Below are positions 15,713-24,939 of a stretch of 64,000 nucleotides of DNA, piece by piece; the first letter of the stretch is position 1; every line of letters begins with the position of its first letter. The translations under genes and the position numbers were made by a program. The DNA comes from Candidatus Portnoybacteria bacterium (GTDB lineage Bacteria; Patescibacteriota; Minisyncoccia; Portnoybacterales; GWB1-42-6): positions 168,820 to 232,819 of the forward strand of contig JAQTYI010000001.1 of the NCBI GenBank assembly GCA_028688325.1. Direction: 5' to 3'. A model generated the notes under the pieces. The model had not been told where the DNA came from. It saw only the letters and a list, made by a program, of their open reading frames with translations, and did not search any database.

Positions 15713-16882
15713 ATGAAAATCTTAGCCATAGAAACTTCCTGCGACGACACGGGAATCGCCATTCTCGAATACGGCAAAACCGGCCAACCGAAAATTTCGG
15801 CTGATTTAATATCTTCTCAAACCAAGATCCACGCGCCATGGGGCGGAGTAGTTCCGATGCTGGCCAAACGGGAGCACCAGCGCAATTTAGTGCCATTATT
15901 GATCAAAGCCCTGAAAAAATCGGCTCTTCTCAAAACTAAAAGTTTGAAACTAAAAACTAAAAACCAAAAACCAAAAACTTTAGGGTCGATCCTGGAGCGC
16001 GAACCGGAGCTCCTAAAAAAACTACTGCCACTACTGAAAAAATACCAAAAGCCGGATATCAATTATATCGCCGTAACCGTCGGCCCGGGCTTGGAGCCGG
16101 CACTATGGGTGGGCATAAACTTCGCCCGGGCGTTGAGTTATTTTTGGGAGATACCGATAATTCCTATTAACCATATCGAGGGGCATCTTTGCGCTAACTT
16201 CGCCGACGGCGAAGTTAGCGCCTACTATAAGCTACTTTTTCCCGCCATCTCCCTTGTTGTTTCCGGCGGCCACACCCAGCTTATCCTGATAAAAAGCGTC
16301 GGCCGATACAAAATTATCGGCGAAACGCGCGATGATGCGGCCGGTGAAGCGTTCGATAAGGTCGCCAAAATGCTGAACCTGGGCTATCCCGGCGGCCCGA
16401 TTATTTCTGAGCTCGCTATAAGCTATAAGCTAAAAGCTATAAGCTCTAAGTTCTCCCTCCCCCGGCCCATGATAAACTCGGGCGATTTTGATTTTTCCTT
16501 TTCGGGATTGAAAACCGCAGTGCTTTACGCCTTGCAAAAAATGACGCCCGCGCAGATAAAAAAACAAACGCCGGCCATCGCGGCGGAATTCCAACAGGCG
16601 GTTATTGATGTTTTAACCGCTAAAGCCATATCGACAGCCAAAAAATACAAAGCAAAAACCATTATGCTGGCCGGCGGCGTCGCCTCAAATCAATCCTTGC
16701 GCCAAGCGCTGGCCGAAAAGGCAAAAGAATCGGACATTGCCTTTTCCGTTCCCGATGCGCATCTTTGCACAGACAACGCCGCCATGATAGGATTGGCCGC
16801 TTTCTATAATTTAAAGATCTCTCGCGCTAAAAAAGCCGACTGGCGCGCCCTCAAAGCGCAAGCGAATCTGAGAGTTTCATAA
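15713..16882 (+). CDS. tsaD: tRNA N6-adenosine threonylcarbamoyltransferase TsaD, carrying an in-frame low-complexity insertion.
   Basis: MKILAIETSCDDTGIAI, GPG, HIEGH, SGGHTQL and GGVASN motifs are present. The insertion is LKTKSLKLKTKNQKPKTLGSILEREPELLKKLLPLLKKY. Confidence 0.9.
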   Translation: MKILAIETSCDDTGIAILEYGKTGQPKISADLISSQTKIHAPWGGVVPMLAKREHQRNLVPLLIKALKKSALLKTKSLKLKTKNQKPKTLGSILEREPELLKKLLPLLKKYQKPDINYIAVTVGPGLEPALWVGINFARALSYFWEIPIIPINHIEGHLCANFADGEVSAYYKLLFPAISLVVSGGHTQLILIKSVGRYKIIGETRDDAAGEAFDKVAKMLNLGYPGGPIISELAISYKLKAISSKFSLPRPMINSGDFDFSFSGLKTAVLYALQKMTPAQIKKQTPAIAAEFQQAVIDVLTAKAISTAKKYKAKTIMLAGGVASNQSLRQALAEKAKESDIAFSVPDAHLCTDNAAMIGLAAFYNLKISRAKKADWRALKAQANLRVS

Positions 16883-16898
16883 AAATTACTTTAATAAC

Positions 16899-17052
16899 CG
16901 CGCATGGCAAAAATTTTATCAGAAAATAAAGTTGAGCCGAGTGTAAAATTTGCGTGCCGTGGTGGGGCCCCGACCGTCAGGTCGGGGCGTTGCGGATAGC
17001 AAATTTAGTGAGGCGAAACTTATATTTTCTTAAAATTTTATGCCCGCGCGGG
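16899..17052 (+). mobile_element. MITE-like repeat, family A, copy 1.
   Basis: About 150 bp with imperfect terminal inverted repeats CGCGCATGGCAAAAATTTT ... AAAATTTTATGCCCGCGCGG. The core hairpin is GGGGCCCCGACCGTCAGGTCGGGGCG. Highly similar to 44298..44448 and 56341..56492. Confidence 0.6.
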
Positions 17053-17134
17053 GCTTTTTTTGTTACTTTTTTGTGCCCACAAAAAAGTAGATAAAGCATT
17101 CTATAAAAGACGGTTCTTTGTTATAATAGCATCA

Positions 17135-17875
17135 ATGAACTACTTGCTCTACGCAATCTTGGGCATCGCACCCAGCATTATTTGGTTGCTGTTTTATTTG
17201 CACAAAGACCTGAACCCGGAACCCAAGCGCACGGTTTTGCTGGTCTTTTTGGGCGGCGCCTTTATGGGACCAGTGGCCATATTGGCGCAATTTTTAGCTA
17301 TGGCAGCACTCACCTCCTCCGCTCAATGGCCGCATTTTTTTGAAACGCTGAGTCAAAACCGTTACTTGTTCTTTATCAATGTCGTCCTTTTTGCTCCGCT
17401 CAGCGAAGAATTCCTGAAATACCTGGTTGTTAAGTGGCAAGTGCTCAAAAATCCCGATTTTGACGAGCCGCTTGACGCCATGATATACTTGATAATAAGC
17501 GCGCTGGGTTTTGCGGCAACTGAAAATTTGCTAAACATCTTTTTAATGCCCGGCGTCACGCTTCAGCTCGCTTTTTCCCAAGCGCTGGCCAGATTCCTGA
17601 GCGCCACCTTCCTTCACGCTCTCACTTCCGGAATTTTGGGATATTTCATCGCCCGCTCGTTGTTCCTTTTTAAACGCAAAAATGTCATTTTTATTTCCGG
17701 TTTCCTGCTGGCTGTCGCGCTTCACAGTTTCTACAATTATCTGGCCTGGCTTTTCAACGCGGAAAAAATCATCGCGCTGGCCATAGCGCTGCTACTGGCT
17801 GCAATGGGAGGAGTCGTCGGCTGGCAATTCCGCCGGCTGAAAAAACAATTGGCGGTTTGTAAAATAAAATATTGA
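17135..17875 (+). CDS. PrsW-family intramembrane protease.
   Basis: Multiple transmembrane helices and the conserved EEFLK, FAATEN and HSFYN motifs. The start was chosen at the ATG downstream of the repeat element. Confidence 0.6.
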   Translation: MNYLLYAILGIAPSIIWLLFYLHKDLNPEPKRTVLLVFLGGAFMGPVAILAQFLAMAALTSSAQWPHFFETLSQNRYLFFINVVLFAPLSEEFLKYLVVKWQVLKNPDFDEPLDAMIYLIISALGFAATENLLNIFLMPGVTLQLAFSQALARFLSATFLHALTSGILGYFIARSLFLFKRKNVIFISGFLLAVALHSFYNYLAWLFNAEKIIALAIALLLAAMGGVVGWQFRRLKKQLAVCKIKY

Positions 17876-17974
17876 CCCGAATTAGAAATCCGGTCTCATA
17901 AAAAATTGCATTACTGATTTTACGCTGCTCCCGCACAAGGATAAGCGGCAAAATCCGCATTTGTGAACAAACTT

Positions 17975-18580
17975 ATGAATAAAAAACCGTCATTTTTGGA
18001 ACGGCTGACCGGAGTATTAGAAGAAGAGGAGGAAGAAAAAAATATTCCGATAAACGATTCCGATGAAGAGAAAACAGAAGAAGGGGCCGCGGAAAAAATA
18101 AAGCCCGTCCAACGCGTTCGCGAGAACGAAACGGCTCCGGCTAGGCAAAATCCGCCCCGAAAAAGCGAAGGCGAGCCGATAAAAAAGGAGAAGAAATTTT
18201 CCCTTCCCGCCTCGTCGGAAAAAACCGCCGAGGATTGGCTGCCCGACTCCGAGGGCCAGTTGACGATTGATGTATACCAGACACCAAGCGAAATCGTCAT
18301 AAAATCCACCATCGCCGGCGTGAGCCCGGAGGACTTGGACATCACTATCACCAACGACATGGTGACCATCAAGGGCCGGAGAGAAAAAGACGAAACAATT
18401 TCCAGCGGCGATTATTATTACCAAGAATGCTACTGGGGCGCTTTTTCCCGCTCGGTTATTTTGCCGGTGGATGTGGAAGCGGAAAGAGCCGATGCTTCAA
18501 TGAAAAACGGCATCCTGACCATCCGCCTGCCTAAAATTGAAAAAGTTAAAACCAAAAAGATTCGCGTTGTTTCAAATTAA
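17975..18580 (+). CDS. Hsp20/alpha-crystallin small heat-shock protein with an acidic N-terminal extension.
   Basis: The C-terminal alpha-crystallin domain reads TIDVYQTPSEIVIKSTIAGVSPEDLDITI...GAFSRSVILPV...NGILTIRLPK. Confidence 0.8.
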   Translation: MNKKPSFLERLTGVLEEEEEEKNIPINDSDEEKTEEGAAEKIKPVQRVRENETAPARQNPPRKSEGEPIKKEKKFSLPASSEKTAEDWLPDSEGQLTIDVYQTPSEIVIKSTIAGVSPEDLDITITNDMVTIKGRREKDETISSGDYYYQECYWGAFSRSVILPVDVEAERADASMKNGILTIRLPKIEKVKTKKIRVVSN

Positions 18581-18674
18581 GCCAGATTTTTGACAACGGA
18601 AGCATTCGTTATCAAGCAACTTTGCTGCGGTCGTCTGGCAAGGTTGCTTTTTTGTCAACTGGCCTCGGCTTTTT

Positions 18675-20405
18675 ATGCACATTAAGCTCCACCGAAAATT
18701 CTATAAGGTCTTCGGGCTGGCCGCGCTGGCCGCGCTTTTTATCGTTTGTCTATCGCTATCTGCGCTGGCTGCGGCAAATTATGAAAAAGCCATCGCCGGT
18801 TTGACAGTAAGCGGATTTAGGGTCGGCGGAACCGATAAGAACAAATTAAAAGAATTACTGGCCGCGCAAATTGTTGAATTCAACGACCAAAAATTTTCTC
18901 TTATTTACGGGGGGGAAACCTGGAATTTATCGCCGGACGACTTTGGCGTCAAAATAGATGCCGGCAAAACCGCCGCGGAGGCCTTAGCCGCCGGCCGGGG
19001 CCCCGCATTGACAGCGATGGCCGAGCAGATAAAAACGCTTTTTGCCGGCCGAGATCTGCCGCTCGCCTACTTCGTCAATTCGCCCAAATTTGACAGCGCC
19101 CTGGACATTTTTGCCAAGATAGAAACGCCGGTAAAAAATTCTTCTTTGAAATATGACGCTCAAAAAAATGATTTTGTCGTCTTGCCGGCCCAAAATGGAG
19201 TCGTTGTTGATAAAGAAAAGCTCCTTGCCGATATTTTAACGGCTTTCGGCAAACCGACGCAGAACATTTATCTGTCGCTAACAGAACAAAAAGCTTCGGT
19301 CAGCGAAAAAGAGATGGCGCAAATCGTTGCGCAAGCCGTAAAGATTGTTGATAACGCGCCGTATTTTTTGCAAAGCGCCGATTCCACCTGGCGCATAGAT
19401 AAATCCAACTTGACCGGTTGGATATCGGCCGCCCCTTCAAGCGATAACTCCGAAAAAGCGCTGCTGACTCTTGATACCGAACAAATAAGCGATTTCCTGA
19501 TACCTCTTTCGGCCTCCGTCAACCGCGAGCCGACAGACGCCAAGCTAACACTGGAAAACGGCGAATTGAAGTTTGCCATACTTTCCCGGGACGGCCAGAA
19601 ACTCAACATCGAAACCAGCGCCAAAAAAATAGCGGACGACATATTGGCTGGGAAAAAAAATATCTACCTGATAACCGATTCTGTTGAACCGAAAATTTCC
19701 AATTTTAATACCAAAGAGCTGGGACTGCTCACGCTGATAGGCAAGGGCGAATCAAATTTTTCCGGGTCCCCCGCCAACCGCCGCATTAACATAAAAGTGG
19801 GCGCCACCAAGCTCAACGGCTTCCTGATAAAACCGGGCGAGGAATTTTCTTTCTCGCAAAATATCGGCGACATCGACGCGCCAAACGGCTGGGTGCCGGA
19901 GTTAGTCATAAAAAACAGACAAACCATCCCGGAGTATGGCGGAGGTCTTTGCCAGATTTCCACCACTCTGTTTCGCGCCGCGATAAATTCCGGCCTGAAA
20001 ATAACCGAACGGCATCCGCATGCTTATCCTGTACACTATTACGATCCTCCGGGTTTTGACGCCACGGTCTATCCGCCAAACCCGGATCTGAAATTATTGA
20101 ACGACACGCCCGGTCATCTTCTTTTGCAGACCAAGATAGAGGGCAACAAATTAACTTTTGAAATATACGGCACGAACGACGGCCGGCAAGTCAAGGTCAA
20201 GGGGCCCTTCGCCACGCAGAAAAATCCCGACGGCTCCCTCAAGGCCACCCTGACCCAGGAGATCTGGCGCGACGGGCAACTGGAACGAAAACAAATATTC
20301 AATTCCAGCTACAACTCGCCCGCGCTTTACCCCAACCCCAACGCAACGCCGGCGCCAAGTCCGGCCCCGTCTTCTTCCCCTTCTATTCCGCCGGCCGCCA
20401 ATTGA
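18675..20405 (+). CDS. VanW family protein.
   Basis: N-terminal signal/transmembrane segment, followed by GGGLCQISTTLFRAAINSGLKITERHPHAYPVHYYDPPGFDATV. Confidence 0.8.
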   Translation: MHIKLHRKFYKVFGLAALAALFIVCLSLSALAAANYEKAIAGLTVSGFRVGGTDKNKLKELLAAQIVEFNDQKFSLIYGGETWNLSPDDFGVKIDAGKTAAEALAAGRGPALTAMAEQIKTLFAGRDLPLAYFVNSPKFDSALDIFAKIETPVKNSSLKYDAQKNDFVVLPAQNGVVVDKEKLLADILTAFGKPTQNIYLSLTEQKASVSEKEMAQIVAQAVKIVDNAPYFLQSADSTWRIDKSNLTGWISAAPSSDNSEKALLTLDTEQISDFLIPLSASVNREPTDAKLTLENGELKFAILSRDGQKLNIETSAKKIADDILAGKKNIYLITDSVEPKISNFNTKELGLLTLIGKGESNFSGSPANRRINIKVGATKLNGFLIKPGEEFSFSQNIGDIDAPNGWVPELVIKNRQTIPEYGGGLCQISTTLFRAAINSGLKITERHPHAYPVHYYDPPGFDATVYPPNPDLKLLNDTPGHLLLQTKIEGNKLTFEIYGTNDGRQVKVKGPFATQKNPDGSLKATLTQEIWRDGQLERKQIFNSSYNSPALYPNPNATPAPSPAPSSSPSIPPAAN

Positions 20406-20546
20406 TTTTTTTAAGCATACCGGGCGCTAAAAAACACCGTAATTTGCGGTGTTTTTTAGCGCTGTTGTGCCGAGGGGGAGATTTGCCCCGTAGAAATTTG
20501 CCACGCAAATTAACGGGGTAAAAACTCCTCGTACAAAAAATAAACT

Positions 20547-20631
20547 TGGTGGGGACGGAGAGAGTCGAACTCTCATGGATTGCTCCACATGGTCCTAAGC
20601 CATGCGCGTCTGCCAGTTCCGCCACATCCCC
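20547..20631 (-). tRNA. tRNA-Leu (anticodon TAG).
   Basis: Acceptor stem GGGGATG/CGTCCCC with an encoded CCA, anticodon stem-loop CATGG-CTTAGGA-CCATG, long variable arm. Confidence 0.8.
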
Positions 20632-20896
20632 GCACTTTGTGCGATTGCCAACTTGTCCCGTGATTGCGCAAAGCGCAATTTTACGGGATTTCGCCACCTC
20701 GGCCTCTTCTAAATTTAACCTTTTATGACCTCGAAAAGCAAGATGCTAAAGCCCCTGCCCCGTTAGAAGTTTTTAACTGGACGCTATTTTAGAACATGTA
20801 AAGCCGCCCACTTCGCTCTCGCTTCAACGAGGCGAGCAGGCGAAATCGCGCAGTTTTTTGGATAAAAACAGCATACAGAGGAACTTCTCTACGGGG

Positions 20897-20925
20897 TTGA
20901 CAGCATATTGTCAAAGGTGTATAAT
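20897..20925 (+). promoter_or_regulatory. Consensus sigma-70 promoter (TTGACA, 17-nt spacer, TATAAT).
   Basis: Exact -35 and -10 hexamers with a 17-nt spacer. Confidence 0.7.
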
Positions 20926-20954
20926 ATATAATCCTGACAATGGCTCTATCTAAG

Positions 20955-21063
20955 CCCCCACACCCGATCCAGCAATATTTCCTGATTTTCAGAAAGGCAA
21001 GGCGAAGCCGTTTTACTTGGCTTGCGCGCCCTTGGAGGTGCATTATTTGATCGGGTGTGGGGG
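20955..21063 (+). ncRNA. 109-nt structured leader or small RNA closed by a perfect 15-bp stem.
   Basis: CCCCCACACCCGATC ... GATCGGGTGTGGGGG encloses about 80 nt that contain an internal imperfect hairpin. It lies just downstream of the consensus promoter and about 145 nt upstream of the SPFH gene. Confidence 0.4.
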
Positions 21064-21207
21064 TAAACCAAAATCGGATCTTGGACAGAACTTTAAAAAT
21101 CGAAAAGGGACATAATCCCCTTTCTCAACATATATACCAATTGAGTATGCACTTTTTAGTGCTCAAGAATATACAACTAAAATGATTATATTGAAAAAGG
21201 AGGAGTT

Positions 21208-22296
21208 ATGAAAAAAATTAGGGTCTTTTTATCAAGGATTGATTACTGTCTTAGAAGTATCCCGGGGTGGCTCGGGATGGCCAAGCAATCTTTTCAAGGA
21301 ATATTCCCGAGGGAAAAAAAGCATTATGCCATCGAATTGATCTTTATCTCAATTCTTATTTTTTGCTCTTGGCGATTCGTTGAATTAAGATGGGGGTTTG
21401 CAGCATTAGGTGCTGCCTGGGCGGTTTTCTGCATAAAGATTATCGGGCCGACGGAAAAAGCCATCGGCATTTTCCTGGGCGAACCGTCGCGAGAACTCAC
21501 CTCCGGAATAAGATTTATCTTTTGGCCGCTGGAAAAATTAGCGATCTATCCGACCAAACAACAAGAAGTGGAACTGAATCTTATCGAGGTCATCACCAAA
21601 AAAGTAGGAAGAGCACATAGCTCGGCGGCAATAACGATAAAGCCGACTTTCTATTTCTTTTGGCCGGACAAATTTGAGAAGTTAAAACAAGCGCTGGAAA
21701 AAGGCGCCAATCCCGATAAAGATTCCGTCAAAGACCTCTTCCAAGAAGCAATCTTTAATGCCTTGCGTTCCGTGATTATCCAATATGATTGGGAAACCTG
21801 TTATTCGGAAAGAGATAAAATCACGCAAGAGGTGTTAGGGATTCTTTGCTGTTCGGGCCCCATTCAGGCGGCCGGCATAGAGAAAGAGCAAATGTTTCTG
21901 GCTATAGAAGTTTTTTTACCAAAAGACCTGGTTGCAAACATCAACGCCCCGGAAATTGCTGCGCTTAAAGCCGCCGCCAAAAAAGAAGAAGCTGAAGGAG
22001 AAAAAGCGTTCGCCATCGCCCAAAAACAAGCGGAGGCGGAAGGGCGTAAACTGGTTTTTGCCAGCATCGGAGACGAAATGGCCAAAGAAGCGTTATTTAC
22101 GCTTCGCGAAATGGCCAAGGGCACCAGCAATACGATCCTGTTCGGACTGCCGCCGGAACTCTATGAAACGGTCAAGGCGGCTACGCGCGGTGCGGACATA
22201 GATGTTGATCATCTGCTTAAAGTACTCACGAAAGAGCAAAAAAAGAAAATCGTTGAGGCGATAGCCAATCTCGGAAAGAAAGGAGATACGACATGA
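21208..22296 (+). CDS. SPFH/band-7 domain protein.
   Basis: N-terminal transmembrane segment, a band-7-like core, and a C-terminal Ala/Glu-rich coiled coil. GGAGG precedes the start. Confidence 0.55.
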   Translation: MKKIRVFLSRIDYCLRSIPGWLGMAKQSFQGIFPREKKHYAIELIFISILIFCSWRFVELRWGFAALGAAWAVFCIKIIGPTEKAIGIFLGEPSRELTSGIRFIFWPLEKLAIYPTKQQEVELNLIEVITKKVGRAHSSAAITIKPTFYFFWPDKFEKLKQALEKGANPDKDSVKDLFQEAIFNALRSVIIQYDWETCYSERDKITQEVLGILCCSGPIQAAGIEKEQMFLAIEVFLPKDLVANINAPEIAALKAAAKKEEAEGEKAFAIAQKQAEAEGRKLVFASIGDEMAKEALFTLREMAKGTSNTILFGLPPELYETVKAATRGADIDVDHLLKVLTKEQKKKIVEAIANLGKKGDTT

Positions 22297-23048
22297 ACGA
22301 GCTGTTAAATTATGCATTGATAACACTGGCTATGATAGTGATAGCCGCCAAAGTCATCCAGGCGGTAAAGGTCAAGATTCCCAGCGTTAACTGGAAATGG
22401 AGCATACCGGTTCAGGCCGCCGCCGCCATCTCCTTGATGACAATCATCTGCTTATTCACTTTTCAAAAAGAATTGGTAGAACTTTGGCATAGCAGTAAAT
22501 CGACAATAGTCGTGATAATTGCCGCGGCCATAGGATTGCTTATCGGGGGCGACTCGCTAAAAACCATAAATGTGTGCAGAAAAATCGCGCTTATCGTTCT
22601 TATTGTGACGATCGCCTACTTCGGAGCGAAGCCCAAGTGGTTTAGCCCCGCCAACCCGCCTCCCAACCTGTCCTCTGCCGCCGCTCAAGGCCAAATATCG
22701 GCGAGGATAACCGGCTTCAACACGGAGCTGCCGGCCGAAGCCAAGTTGGCCGCGAAAGTGACACCAGGCCAGATCGTCTGGGCCATCAGAGAACGGATGG
22801 AGCTGCCGGCGCCGGAACTCTGGATAAAAAATCTTAACTCCGGCGAAGTCAGACAGCAGAAAGCGTGGCCCGACGGACTGAAAAACCGCGAGCTGCAAAA
22901 CACGATCGGCAACAATGTAGAGATCTACGCCGTTCCGCTGCCGGACGGACAAAATGTTCCGATAATTTCTTACACCCGGCCAACGGTTAACCGGCTGGCA
23001 CAAACAGAAAATGAGCAGCCGCATCTGCTGCTCAATGTAGTGAATTAG
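22293..23048 (+). CDS. Hypothetical membrane protein, translationally coupled to the SPFH gene.
   Basis: ATGA start/stop overlap with the upstream gene; several transmembrane helices. Confidence 0.5.
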   Translation: MNELLNYALITLAMIVIAAKVIQAVKVKIPSVNWKWSIPVQAAAAISLMTIICLFTFQKELVELWHSSKSTIVVIIAAAIGLLIGGDSLKTINVCRKIALIVLIVTIAYFGAKPKWFSPANPPPNLSSAAAQGQISARITGFNTELPAEAKLAAKVTPGQIVWAIRERMELPAPELWIKNLNSGEVRQQKAWPDGLKNRELQNTIGNNVEIYAVPLPDGQNVPIISYTRPTVNRLAQTENEQPHLLLNVVN

Positions 23049-23066
23049 TTCCACACAACCAAAAGC

Positions 23067-23112
23067 CCCCTCTTCCAAAAAACGGAAGACGGGGGCTCTT
23101 TTTTTTGATTCA
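23067..23112. terminator. Strong bidirectional rho-independent terminator.
   Basis: GCCCCC-TCTTCC-AAAAAAC-GGAAGA-CGGGGGC followed by TCTTTTTTTT. Confidence 0.7.
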
Positions 23113-23136
23113 AACTTTGCAAAATTCAAATTCTGC

Positions 23137-23493
23137 TTAGTATCCTTGCGGACCTGACGGAATATTGGCATTGCCAACGCCGAAAGTATTAAGCAAGATA
23201 TTGACCAATCCCCACGCGCCAGCCATCACGGCCATGCCGACGATGCCCCAAATCATATGTTCCTTGCCCAATTTAAGCTTTGCGTCCTCGCCGCCGGCCG
23301 AAACATACTGCACGACGCCCCAGACGAAATATAAAGTGACCAGAACAAACAGAAGGCCAATCACTCCATTCAAGATGACTTTCAGTTGATTTATGGTTCC
23401 GGTCAGGTCAGAAGCGGCTAAAACCATCATAGGCATAAGCAATGTCGCAGAAACTATTGCCGCTTTCTCTAACATCTTTTCGATTTTTCTCAT
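23137..23493 (-). CDS. VirB2/TrbC-like pilin-family small membrane protein (paralog 1).
   Basis: Signal-like N-terminus, two hydrophobic segments, and the conserved LGKEHMIWGIVGMAVMAGAWGLV. AAAGGAGG sits 9 nt before the ATG. Confidence 0.5.
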   Translation of the reverse strand: MRKIEKMLEKAAIVSATLLMPMMVLAASDLTGTINQLKVILNGVIGLLFVLVTLYFVWGVVQYVSAGGEDAKLKLGKEHMIWGIVGMAVMAGAWGLVNILLNTFGVGNANIPSGPQGY

Positions 23494-23661
23494 TATGCTC
23501 ACCTCCTTTCGTTACCGCGGATTCTCGCTGATTTACACACGGATTCACGCGGATTTTTTATTAATTTTCAATTGTCCGTTTTCTAATTATCAATAATTTA
23601 AGAATTGATTGATAATTTGTGGCTGGTTGGTTCGGTGTTCTGTTCCTCTTGGTTCCGCGGT

Positions 23662-24438
23662 TTATGCGAAATAAAGCTGTATCATCTGCACTATCCCCCA
23701 GGCGCCGAGCATCACGGCCATGCCGATGATTCCCCAAATCATATGCCTTTTGCCTTCTTCCAATTTTGCTGATTCTCCGCTGGCGCTATAGCGCACATAC
23801 TCTGCCACTCCCCAGAAAAAATAGACCGTCACCAGAATAAAAAGCAAACCAATAATCTGATTCAATGTGTCTTTGATTTTTGCCACCAGCGCACTGCCTT
23901 GGCCAGAGCCGCCGCCCAAAATATCCGTGATATAAGTGACTATCGCCTGGCTGGCCATGATAACCGCGATGCCCGCGATGGTCCAAATAAAATTTTTCTT
24001 GGCCGCGGTTAATTTGTTTTCATTTCCTTGCGCCGTGGCAAATTGGAAACCCGCCCAGATAAGCATGAACACCGCAAAAATTGTCGCCAAAGGAATCAGA
24101 AAATTGATGATCTTAATAATGAGTTCACTGACGCTTTTGGCGCCGATAAAATTGGGCAAACTGACGCTATTCGGGCCGGGAGCATAGTTGCCGGCATTTA
24201 AGGGCTCGGCTGAGGGCAAAGCCGCATTTCCCGCTCCGGCGCCATAGCTATTTAAAAAACAATTGCCCTGGCCCGTATCAGGATCCGTTATGCAACTTTC
24301 CCCGCTTGGACAAGAAGAATCACCATATCCCCCGCAACTTTGTCCGCTGCTGGTCGCCGCCAATCCCGCTTCCGCCAAAACAAAAAACCCGCCGATCATT
24401 AAAAAAGCGATAAAAAATGTTTTATATGATTTTTGCAT
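23662..24438 (-). CDS. VirB2/TrbC-like pilin-family protein with an internal domain duplication and a Cys/Gly-rich N-terminal region (paralog 2).
   Basis: The C-terminal 100 aa is about 60% identical to paralog 1. An internal repeat reads IINFLIPLATIFAVFMLIWAGFQF. GGAGG precedes the start. Confidence 0.5.
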   Translation of the reverse strand: MQKSYKTFFIAFLMIGGFFVLAEAGLAATSSGQSCGGYGDSSCPSGESCITDPDTGQGNCFLNSYGAGAGNAALPSAEPLNAGNYAPGPNSVSLPNFIGAKSVSELIIKIINFLIPLATIFAVFMLIWAGFQFATAQGNENKLTAAKKNFIWTIAGIAVIMASQAIVTYITDILGGGSGQGSALVAKIKDTLNQIIGLLFILVTVYFFWGVAEYVRYSASGESAKLEEGKRHMIWGIIGMAVMLGAWGIVQMIQLYFA

Positions 24439-24522
24439 TTATTTCTCCTCCCTTTTTAAAGGGAGGCAGGGAGGGATTTTAATCCCTCTTAATCCTCCTT
24501 TGCACAGGAGGAAAATTATAAT

Positions 24523-24924
24523 TTATCTGCAATTGACCGTCCACCAGTTGCCCGGAACAAATCCCGCGACGCTGGTGCCGAAAGTCGTAATCAAGGTGTT
24601 TACGATGGCCCAAGAAGCCAAAACTATCAAAACGCCGATAGCGGTGCTCTTGAATGTGTCTTTGCCTTTTTTATAACGCGTTTCGTCCCCTCCCGCCCAT
24701 ATCATCATTATACCACCAATCAAAAAAAGCAGTCCAGCCAGTGGCGCTGTCACATCGCGCACTAAAAACATCACGATATTGCTGATGAGCTGCAAAAAAT
24801 TACAGGGAGTGCAGCTGGCGCCCCGGCAAGCAGGCACCAAGGCGGCATAGACGGGCCAGGCGGCCAATAGCGAATAGCCAATAGCGAATAACCCGACAAA
24901 TTTATTAAAATTAATTTTCATCAT
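24523..24924 (-). CDS. VirB2/TrbC-like pilin-family protein (paralog 3).
   Basis: LAGLLFLIGGIMMIWAGGDETRYKKGKDTFKSTAIGVLIVLASWAIV is the same architecture. Confidence 0.45.
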   Translation of the reverse strand: MMKINFNKFVGLFAIGYSLLAAWPVYAALVPACRGASCTPCNFLQLISNIVMFLVRDVTAPLAGLLFLIGGIMMIWAGGDETRYKKGKDTFKSTAIGVLIVLASWAIVNTLITTFGTSVAGFVPGNWWTVNCR

Positions 24925-24939
24925 AAATTGTGCTTTGAT

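Noticed and set aside
20383-20728. ORFs 20383..20697 (-) and 20546..20728 (+).
   Set aside because: They overlap the tRNA-Leu(TAG) gene and its flanking hairpin. There is no ribosome-binding site and no coding signal.
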